From NCBI RefSeq assembly GCF_003918875.1, contig NW_025767252.1, positions 496,001-560,000 on the forward strand: 64,000 nucleotides of DNA, given 5' to 3'. This DNA comes from Haliotis rubra (lineage: Eukaryota). The position numbers and the translations under genes were made by a program. The notes beneath the pieces are model-generated. The model did no database searches. It worked only from the letters and a program-made list of their open reading frames with translations, and was not told where the DNA came from. Each line of letters opens with the position of its first letter. The stretch's first letter is position 1. Below are positions 54,913 through 64,000 of this stretch, piece after piece.

Positions 54913-55800
54913 CTGCAAAACAACATCAATCTTCTAAAACAACCTCAAAACAGTCCTGCAAAACAACATCAATCTTCTAAAACAACCTCAAAACAGTCCT
55001 GCAAAACAACACCTATCTTCTAAAACAACCTCAAAACAGTCCTGCAAAACAACATCAATCTTCCAAAACAACATCAAAACAGTCCTGCAAAACAACATCA
55101 ATCTTCTAAAACAACATCAATCTTCTAAAACAACATCAATCTTCTAAAACAACATCAATCTTCCAAAACAACCTCAAAACAGTCCTGCAAAACAACACCT
55201 ATCTTCTAAAACAACCTCAAAACAGTCCTGCAAAACAACACCTATCTTCTAAAACAACCTCAAAACAGTCCTGCAAAACAACACCTATCTTCTAAAACAA
55301 CCTCAAAACAGTCCTGCAAAACAACACCTATCTTCTAAAACAACCTCAAAACAGACCTGCAAAACACCTATCTTCTAAAACAACCTCAAAACAGTCCTGC
55401 AAAACAACACCTATCTTCCAAAACAACCTCAAAACAGTCCTGCAAAACAACACCTATCTTCTAAAACAACCTCAAAACAGACCTGCAAAACAACACCTAT
55501 CTTCTAAAACAACCTCAAAACAGTCCTGCAAAACAACACCTATCTTCCAAAACAACATCAATCTTCCAAAACAACATCAAAACAGTCCTGCAAAACAACA
55601 TCAATCTTCCAAAACAACATCAATCTTCCAAAACAACATCAAAACAGTCCTGCAAAACAACATCAATCTTCCAAAACAACATCAAAACAGTCCTGCAAAA
55701 CAACATCAATCACATCAAACAGTCCTGCAAAACAACATCAATCTTCCAAAACAACATCGAAACAATCCTGCATAACACATCAATCTTCAAAAACAACATA
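54898..55800. repeat. 43-bp (with 19-bp subunit) tandem repeat spanning the APRT intron 2/exon 3 junction
   Basis: Unit aacctcaaaacagtcctgcaaaacaacacctatcttctaaaac at 54898, 54941 and onward. Confidence 0.95.
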
Positions 55801-56521
55801 CATCCAGCTGTATGGGGGTGTTCTGTGAATATCAATACTAGAAATTTCATGGGTAATTCTTGTACAGTGTGATAGATGTACATGTCAGGTTGCCAGGAGT
55901 ATGGTTGCAGATATATGGTCACAATGAATTAATGATTCTGCTCAAATCTTTGGCAGGTAACCTTCTACAACTGTTAAAATCTTCCTTATAGGGAAATTCA
56001 TGTTTTAAAATGGCCCAATATATTATAATGAGACTGGTATATTACTCATACCTTGCAACATTCACAAACAGTACAAGAATGTCAATGCCAATAGATTGAT
56101 ACATTCCTGAAATCTTGATGTGCAGGTTAAAGATGTAATGGGTTCAGAAATTTCTAACAGGCTGGGAGGCTTGTAATAGAGCTTGTACATTTCTAACAGG
56201 GTTAATAAATACATAGGAATCGTACATTTCTACAAAGAATGGTAATTTTCTAATATGGCTGGCAACTTTCTTATAGGGCAGGCCAAGCTGATATTCCAGA
56301 CAACTAGCCAATATGCCCAGAACGTTTCTAACATGGCTGATTCCTCATACAGCAAGAGATTTACACTGATTGAGCAGAATGATGGAAAGTGTTCAGTTGT
56401 AAAGGTTGAATTTGGAATAGGACTACTTGAAGACTTAAGTAAAACAACATAGCATCGTCCACTTGAAGAAGAGAGACTACAGTCCACCAGTATTACCTGT
56501 CTGAAAGATTCAGTAAGTTAC

Positions 56522-56759
56522 CTCGCCATATTCTAGTTGATATGTCACTTTCTCCGTCAAGCCTGGTAACTTTCCCTTCTTTCTGATCGGCACGAAACCT
56601 ATGTTGAGGTTCTGAGCCAGGATTGGTCCAAACAAAAAGCCTCTGGATTCGAGGCCGACGATGATCTCAACTCCTGTACACTGTGACTGAAGATATTCCG
56701 TCATGATGTCCAGAAGCTGTTTGAAGACAGGCGGATTTCTTAGAACAGGAAATATATCC
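56522..56759 (-). CDS. APRT: APRT exon 2
   Basis: ttccag|G DIFPVL...VGLESRGFLFGP...FVPIRKKGKLPG...YQLEYGE|gtaact. Confidence 0.95.
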
Positions 56760-57171
56760 CTGGAAGTAAACGGTATCATTTGACATGAAAAGTTGTAGTG
56801 AGGATCTGTTGCTCAGGCCTACAGTCAACAATATTCCAAGTCAAAGGGACACCAATGGCCATCTGTGCAACCTCCAGTTCTGTGAGTGAGTGAGTGAGTG
56901 AGCTAGCTAAACCCTGTATGTTGCAGCAGGAGAGTTACGACATAATTGTTGCTGAGATCTATCTGTAGAGGATCAATGGCCATATATACTGTAATGATTA
57001 TACCATAGAGTGGTGGATATGCATTATGTCTCTGTTTATGACCAGGGATGATTAGTAAAGTTTTGTTTTCCTCAAAGGGATTCATCAGATCAAGTTTTAA
57101 AGAAGTTGCTCACCACCACTGGAAGCTAACATCTGTATGATATTCATACAGGCAGCTGTGTGATGTTTATA

Positions 57172-57565
57172 CATTTATCATCCAAAACTGTGTTCCACAG
57201 GAGATATCGCTTGTGTGAGATCAAACGATATCTCCTAGGAGATATCGTTTTGACAGTAGATTTTGTACAATGCCCTGACAATGCTATGACGTCATGTACT
57301 TGATGACGTCACAATGCTATGACACCGATGCACTGCAAGTCTAATGGCAGTACCATGTTCAGAGATGTACCTTTTTCATTGAAAATTAATGAAGAGTGAT
57401 TTTGGATGATAAATAGAATCTCACCCTCGTGTCTTCTGATATCAAATATATCAACACTCGTTGATAAAGTAAAAATATCCTCGGCAAGCCTCGGATATTT
57501 GTAACTTTAACAACTCGTGTTGATATAATTGATATCAGAAGACACTTGGGTGAGATTCTCTATAT
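57172..57565. mobile_element. Palindromic non-autonomous element in APRT intron 1
   Basis: ~70-bp arms agaatctcaccc...tctgatatcaa..tatcaacactcgttg / caactcgtgttgata..ttgatatcaga...gggtgagattct around cctcggcaagcctcgg; extra IR tttatcatccaaaa / ttttggatgataaa. Confidence 0.7.
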
Positions 57566-58671
57566 ATCACCTTCATCAGTCACGTACTTATACATGATGC
57601 TGGCTGCAAGGTTCACTCTGGTTCATCATGTCAGCACAGCTAAGAAATATTGATTACTCCTCCCTGACGCATACAATAAGCGCTCCCTAAGACGTGCGTG
57701 TGCATGGGCAACCACATGTCACATGAAAGTGTACTAGACTCATGGTCAATACATTCAGTGGAAACACACCATTGTTTGGTCATTTCGAAACACATCACAC
57801 TTCAGTGTTTTTTACACCATGAAGATTAGGTTAGATATGGTCTTCATTTTGTTGCAAGATACAACTTAACATAATGGGTGTGTCAGGTTGATGACTTGCT
57901 GGATGCATTGCATTGTAAATATTGACAGACAGCACCCTCACACATGTAAGAAATAATATTGTGCTGTGACTCTCTTTGGTCAGTTCAACTTTACCATGTT
58001 TGAATTCCGTTCCTTTACTTGATGCAGTATTTCCCTATTTGGCATCATGCTGATGTACATGGTCTGCCAGTGTCAAAACTTTGTCTCAAGACCGACCAAG
58101 TACCTATACTGGTCCCGTGGTACTACTGCCATCTGGCTTTGCTTTGTTACTGTTAGATCAACACGAACTGTTTTGCTATCTGCATGGAAGAAATATCTCG
58201 TACTTTTTCCTATATTTCCTAAACTAAAGGAAAATCTAAAATCATGCTTTCTTTTGTTGCACAATATTCAAGAGAGTCTCACCACCCTTACGTAGAGTGT
58301 TTAGAGGTTGACATGTTACGGGTGTAGTTAAACATTAATAAACCAGCCTTGGTTGGAGAGCTTTTTAATTTTATCTCAGAATTTAGGTGTTTACATAACA
58401 TTTCGTCTGAGCATGTAACCGCAGCAGAGACTTTGATTAATTAAATTGTGTAAAATAATGTCTGGACTGGTACACGATCAACAAGAAGTCAATAAACAAT
58501 AAAAATATGATATACACACTTAACCCAACCTAAACAGGGCCCCGTGCTCTAAATTCGTACTGCAGCTTGTAACCTATGTGGCACACTAAATATCCACCTT
58601 AAACGACAATGACATTCGTGATAAAATAGTACATAGAGGGTTAGCTTTCCGTGTCATTCAACGCTTCGTAC

Positions 58672-58754
58672 CTGAATAAAATCCCTGGCTTCGGGAAGTC
58701 AGGGTGCGCTGCAATACTCGCCTTCACGTTCTGAAGTCTCCTGTCCTCTGCCAT
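58672..58754 (-). CDS. APRT: APRT exon 1; full protein 178 aa
   Basis: MAEDRRLQNVKASIAAHPDFPKPGILF(AG)|gtacg; all four exon phases are compatible (83+238+79+137=537 nt). Confidence 0.93.
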
Positions 58755-58815
58755 GTTGCTCTCTTCTCTCCTACAGTCCGTTTCAATATAGCAGGGAGCC
58801 TTACCAAGCTTCCAG

Positions 58816-58923
58816 GGGCCCGTTTCACAAAGCGATCGTAGCGCTACGACTGTCGTAAGACTATGATAAAGTATGGGAGTTACGATCACCTTATTGCTAC
58901 GATCGCTTTGTGAAACGGGGCCC
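58816..58923. mobile_element. Hairpin MITE (GGGCCC termini) just upstream of the APRT ATG
   Basis: gggcccgtttcacaaagcgatcgtagc ... gctacgatcgctttgtgaaacggggccc. Confidence 0.85.
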
Positions 58924-59009
58924 TTAACAGTAGCTAATCTTTGCTGCTGTAGTTATGTGACAAAACGAATGCTTTAAAAAAAAGAAGATAAATATGCTTT
59001 GTCATCCGT

Positions 59010-59182
59010 ATTAGAATCAATCTTTAGCAACGCATGCTTGTCGTAAGACGCGGCCAATCACATGGCGTGGCCAGACTGGCTGCCTTGGTCGACACATGGA
59101 CCGGTATCAGCGTAGATCGATGTTCATGATGTCATTCATTGGACTGTCTGGTCCAGGTTAGATTATGTACTGACCGCCACCA
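59010..59182 (+). mobile_element. Degenerate structured-head SINE-like copy
   Basis: ttagaat...catgcttgtcgtaaga...agatcgatg...tgtctggtccagg aligns with the 43433 family. Confidence 0.65.
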
Positions 59183-59814
59183 TAATAATTATAGCTCATT
59201 GTAGTCAACAAACACGGAGCACAACATTCAACACCATCACTTTTATATCAGCAGTTATTGTGGAGCTGGGTTGTCTACTGGTGCCAGAGCGAATTCCCGA
59301 TCTCGATAGTATACCGGCACCACTAGACAACTTTGAAGCCCGTATCTCCTGTCCGCCATATTTATATTGCTAGAACTGCGCTAACCGCTGCAAAGCCCTC
59401 GTCACTCACTGTAACAGCGTTTGATCCGGGTGTATAAACTGACTGTATATATAGCGCTCTTAGATTCATTAATCGAACATGCCTGATTTTGTGTGTGAAG
59501 ACAATCATACAATTAAAGCGTTCATCAAAGTTTCGGTGATTTTGATTGGTTTCTGTCACATTTCCCCCTAAAATCTTCTCTATAGTTACATTCAACCAAC
59601 TGCATCTCTGGGCCAACGCTCTCAGAGGTTTCTGTTCTGGAACTTTCTGCAAATGCTCGCTTTGAATACGCTGGAATATTCCGGGTGCTTTCTGACCAGC
59701 CTCACAGTCTAAATTTAGTAACAAGCACACCACTGCCCCTGCTGGATCTTAGCACAAACAATGTAACACAATTAAACTCTGTTCAACAATGAATCACGCT
59801 ACCTTATAACAAAG

Positions 59815-59932
59815 GTGAGTGAGTGAGTTTAGTTTTACGCCGCCTTAAGCAATATTTCAGCAATATCACGGCGGGGACACCTGAAATGTGCTTTGCACAT
59901 TGTGCCCATGTGGGAAATCGAACCCGTGTCTT
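59815..59932 (-). mobile_element. tRNA-derived SINE, 5' part lost
   Basis: (gagt)n tail, body and B-box are present; the A-box region is replaced by the adjacent element. Confidence 0.8.
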
Positions 59933-59939
59933 CTGTACA

Positions 59940-60273
59940 TTTCTGTACATAGAAACGTACCCTAGCCAAAATCTTCAATACAGAAGCTAACCTAGGACGA
60001 GTCCATTTTGCACTGTGCCGTGTTCTTGATCAGAACTGTCATCCCGTTGTATTAGATACATTTGATTGCGTTACATAATATATAAGAAATGAGCATACAC
60101 AGTAACTGATATTTTGCGATGCACAGGACCTCTCGCAAACAGTTACGGGTACGGGAATAACTACATACGTTTCGGCTTTGGGTTGCGGAATATGGACTAT
60201 TCCGCCGTATTAGGGTACTGGGTACGTTTCTGTATTTTGATTTTGTTTGGGGTACATTTCTGTATATAGAAAC
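59940..60273. mobile_element. Old MITE with degenerate TIRs
   Basis: tttctgtacatagaaacgtaccctagccaaaatc ... gattttgtttggggtacatttctgtatatagaaa. Confidence 0.55.
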
Positions 60274-60523
60274 CTACCTGTGTCGACAACGACCCCTTCA
60301 GCTCTACATATACTAGCCACATAAAGAAACTGTGCAGTGTCAAAATATTATCCCAGTTGATAAGTACGATAACAATGTCAAAGGTACATATAAACTTTAA
60401 GGGAGGGATCATGAGACCACAACAAGTCGGGAGATTTTCAATTAAAAAGTCAATCACAATGACGTCACGAGTCCACAAGCGGGACAGGGGTCAAACGACC
60501 ATGTCACAAGCTCAATAACGGGT

Positions 60524-61535
60524 GGAACAGAGTTATGTTACCATGTGCCCTGTTTGCTTGTGAATTATGGTGTAAACTAACATCTAAAGAGTATGAAATA
60601 CTTGAACGAGCTCAATCTTTCTTCTGTAAACACATCCAGGGGCTCTCTAAATGTTCTTCGACAGTTGTCGCACGAGACTGTTTAAATTTACTATCAGTCC
60701 AAGCATACATAGAAAAACGTTGTCTTATGTTCCTTGGCAAATTATGTAGAGGTAATTTAAACTTTGTATTCAAGAATGTCTTAAACTTTAAACTTAGTCA
60801 ATTCTTACTTGACTCATGTTATGAAAGAGAAGCTAAAAGTACAAAATCCCCTATCTACCATATGCTACTATTAACATATAAATACGACCTGACAGGTTAT
60901 GTAAATACATACATTGTGTCTGCCAGCTTTCCTAATAAAGCACAATGGAATGTCCATGTTACGAAAACATTCATGATGCTGAAAATATCCATATATGTAA
61001 AGAGTTAACGTCAAGGGAAAATCAACATAGATACTATTCAGTGCGAGACCAGAATATACATAGATTATGGCAAATGTCGATCCTACGACCTGATCTATTT
61101 CACTGTATTGCAAACTTGGTGCAAATTAGTACTCTGCGTATCCAATCAAAGAGTGTATATGTGGCACATTTGCCTACGATATTGTCAAACATGTTTTTAT
61201 GTACTGCGAGCTGACAAGCCGTCAGAGAGATCTTCTTATCGAATCAATTATTGACAGAGTAGATGTAAATACGTTTTCTAGCCTTTGGAACAATGATGAA
61301 GAATTGATTCTATGTTTCTTACTCGGAGGACTTCCAACGGAATATTGTCTATCCCTTGATGATAATGTATGGCTTGAATGTATGACCAATGTATGTACAA
61401 CTGTTAACAACTGGAAACATTTCTTTGTAAACTGTTTGTAACTATCTGTATTCCCCTGTTTCTGATCTGCATGTCAATATATCATATCACATTGTATCTT
61501 CATTCACTGGAGGAAATAAAGAATATCTATCTATC
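60524..61535 (+). mobile_element. 5'-truncated LINE 3' end (RTEX-like by inference) nested in the Tc1, with a 135-bp flanking duplication
   Basis: Post-RT motifs LP.ALFACELW..L...E...LERAQ.FFCKHIQGL, His/Cys C-terminal region, stop at 61441, AATAAA at 61515, (CTAT)n tail. Confidence 0.8.
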
Positions 61536-61658
61536 TATAAACTTTAAGGGAGGGATCATGAGACCACAACAAGTCGGGAGATTTTCAATTAAAAAGTCAA
61601 TCACAATGACGTCACGAGTCCACAAGCGGGACAGGGGTCAAACGACCATGTCACAAGC

Positions 61659-62672
61659 TCAATAACGGGTATGTCCACCATCGGCATTGAGAACAGCAGT
61701 GCATCGACGACGCATAGAGCCTATCAAACGTGCAAGGAAGGCTTGTGGGATGTCACGCCAGATTCTCTCAAGTTCTGTTGCAAGGTCAAGGACGTTATCT
61801 GGCGGATGAGGAAGACGGCGTAGACGTCGATCCATCTCGTCCCAAACATGCTCTATCGGGGAGAGATCCGGTGAATTTGCAGGCCAAGGCAGTAAGTCAA
61901 CGTTGTGGTGTTGCAAGAAATCCAAAGCAACCCTTGCCGTATGAGGGCGGGCATTGTCCTGTTGGAATGTTAACCGAAGGCCATGACGTTGCAGAAAAGG
62001 AATTGCCACAGGTCGAAGAATCTGATCCCCGTAGCCCACACCAGTTAAGTTGCCCTGAACAATCACCAAAGGAGTTCTTTGGCGTGCTGTTATTCCACCC
62101 CAAATCATCACGGAACCACCACCAAAGCGATTCCTCTCCAAGACACAGGCCTGTGCATAACGTTCTCCCACGCGTCTATAGGCACGTTGACGTCCATCAC
62201 TATGGGAAATGTTAAACCTGGACTCATCTGTAAAAACAACATTTCTCCACCAAAACAAGGGTCTGCGGACATGATTTCGGCACCACATTCGGCGAGCTTG
62301 TCGATGACGTTGTGTAAGGATAGGCCGTATGGCGGGACGTCGTGGTCTGATCCCGTGATGACGTAAACGTTGTCGAACTGTGTTGGGGTGGATACGGCGA
62401 AGTCCTGGGATGGTTCGGGCAGTCATCACTGCAGTCTGAAACCTGTGGCGAAGATGGGTCACCCTTATCCATATGTCCTGTCTTGGCGTTGTTACACGTG
62501 GACGTCCAGAACGTGGCCAATCGATGACGTCATTTGTGTTCTGGTAGCGTCTCACCAGTGCAGAAATGGTGTTCCGGTGGCAGTGGAAATGTGCAGCCAC
62601 TTGTCGTTGAGACATTCCCCCACGGACCATCCCAATGGCCTCATGACGTTGTGCAGACGTGGGCCTTGGCAT
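61659..62672 (-). CDS. Tc1 transposase, DD34E, 337 aa, intact
   Basis: N-terminal HTH, RSGRPR linker, VVFTDES, FQQDNARPH, WPANSPDLSPIE with 34 residues between D and E. Confidence 0.96.
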   Translation of the reverse strand: MPRPTSAQRHEAIGMVRGGMSQRQVAAHFHCHRNTISALVRRYQNTNDVIDWPRSGRPRVTTPRQDIWIRVTHLRHRFQTAVMTARTIPGLRRIHPNTVRQRLRHHGIRPRRPAIRPILTQRHRQARRMWCRNHVRRPLFWWRNVVFTDESRFNISHSDGRQRAYRRVGERYAQACVLERNRFGGGSVMIWGGITARQRTPLVIVQGNLTGVGYGDQILRPVAIPFLQRHGLRLTFQQDNARPHTARVALDFLQHHNVDLLPWPANSPDLSPIEHVWDEMDRRLRRLPHPPDNVLDLATELERIWRDIPQAFLARLIGSMRRRCTAVLNADGGHTRY

Positions 62673-64000
62673 GCTATGCGTTTCAATAGCCGTTTAATTT
62701 TTTGAACGATCGCAAGGGCAGGGGTTGAGCTTTCCAAAGTGACAGTATTGTGTGGCATTCATTTGCTCTGTTTCTCTTTCCCGGAATGCACGTGCAACAA
62801 CGTATTGCACGTCTCAAGGACGAACCCACAGACGTCACGGAACGTCGCACGTACGTGCATGCATGTTGGATACATGTCACTAATCTCTGAGTTTAAATCC
62901 TTATGTGTCTACACAGGTTTGATAAATTTAGATTTTACATTTTTGTATGCACAGTTTCTTTATGTGCCTAGTATATATGCCTGTTAAAACATTAAACCTT
63001 TTCGAGAATTTTGAACCAAAGTTGATGTATGAAAAAGCAGTAATTGGTCTAAGTTGAAGATATTTTTAAATCTTGAAAGTTCGTTTCGACCAATGGACAA
63101 AAAATCTTGCTTCACAGGCACGTAGCAAGCCATTTTTTCGTGTAAGCCCGATAGGTTGTAAAGCTTTATATTTAGATAGTATTGAAGGCTTGCCCAACCT
63201 TCTTAGCAACAATCAAGTGTAAGTACGGGCTTTTTTTCATAATGGTAGCTACGCCCCTGGTTCAGCATAAAACAGGGAGTCTGTGAAGTCACATATTCGG
63301 TATCATATTTCCAAACCCACGTTTCCCACCAGTTCGCGAGTATGGCGGGATCTCTGACAACAACTTTGAAACAAACTATAAAACTATTTTTATTTTCTCG
63401 CGTTATCTCGCCGCACAACACGAGATGTGGAGGCCATGCTGAAATCAAGCTGAGAACAACAACAAAAGTTGACAGATCAGAAGTGTCTCCTAATTCATGG
63501 GGTAATCCTATCTACTCTGGCGGCGATCGTTTGGTGACAGTTTTAGATGGTAAGCTGTTTCCCGTCATATGCTCTGATCTGCTTCATGCTTGGGAAGAAA
63601 TGACAGACACATGACATGACTGAAAATCGACAGAAATTTGTCTGGAAATGTCAACTGCTTCCAAGATGTAAAATCAACAAGACCCACTTCTAATGCATTT
63701 TAAGATAACTTTTTAATTTATTGTAATAAGGATGTCAGAAATGAACAGTAGTGTCAATTTGCGGAAACTTGGAACGCTCTTGAAATTAACATCATGGAAA
63801 CACTTCATATGGTTAGACGGTACAAATCAATAATGTTTTGAATTGTTCACTTATATATTAAGACGTTTAAGCTTTCTGTTTTGATGAGTTCTTCCTGTTA
63901 GTTTTCAGTGACATTAGGACCAACTAAAGGTCAGTCGACCTGATAGTCATTATGTTTTGCCAGTATCATGATTGATCATGTGTACATGCCTTTGACATCT

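Larger units (their letters stand above)
60311..62973 (-). mobile_element. Tc1-family DNA transposon with 26-bp TIRs and TA flanks
   Basis: TA|tactagccacataaagaaactgtgca ... tgcacagtttctttatgtgcctagta|TA (1 mismatch); 1516 bp once the nested insertion is removed. Confidence 0.92.

Noticed and set aside
61730-62705. Antisense ORFs over the transposase (likewise over TRIM and NOP2)
   Set aside because: Shadow frames of real CDS with no recognisable domains.

Overview
Eukaryotic, repeat-rich animal genomic DNA. It is probably molluscan and plausibly a gastropod such as abalone; this is inferred from the SINE/HINE content and the TRIM-NHL expansion, not proven. Genes: two tandem TRIM-NHL paralogues on the minus strand (copy 1 intact, 2 coding exons, 643 aa; copy 2 disrupted as assembled, with a LINE plus a nested satellite-bearing element in its intron); an intronless NOP2/NSUN1 (minus) broken only by homopolymer-associated indels; a 5-exon NEDD8 (plus) with 18/18/30-nt microexons; and a 4-exon APRT (minus). 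Mobile DNA: an intact DD34E Tc1 transposon carrying a LINE 3' fragment flanked by a perfect 135-bp duplication, a decayed Crypton-like tyrosine recombinase, RT/RNase H LINE relics, tRNA-headed SINEs with TSDs, a second SINE-like family whose head can fold into a pseudoknot, several MITEs and palindromic elements. About ten tandem arrays are present (29-171 bp units). The most unusual observations are tandem arrays that multiply splice signals inside APRT and NEDD8 introns, the 135-bp target duplication, and the covarying pseudoknot head. Several disruptions look like long-read consensus errors and need read-level checks.
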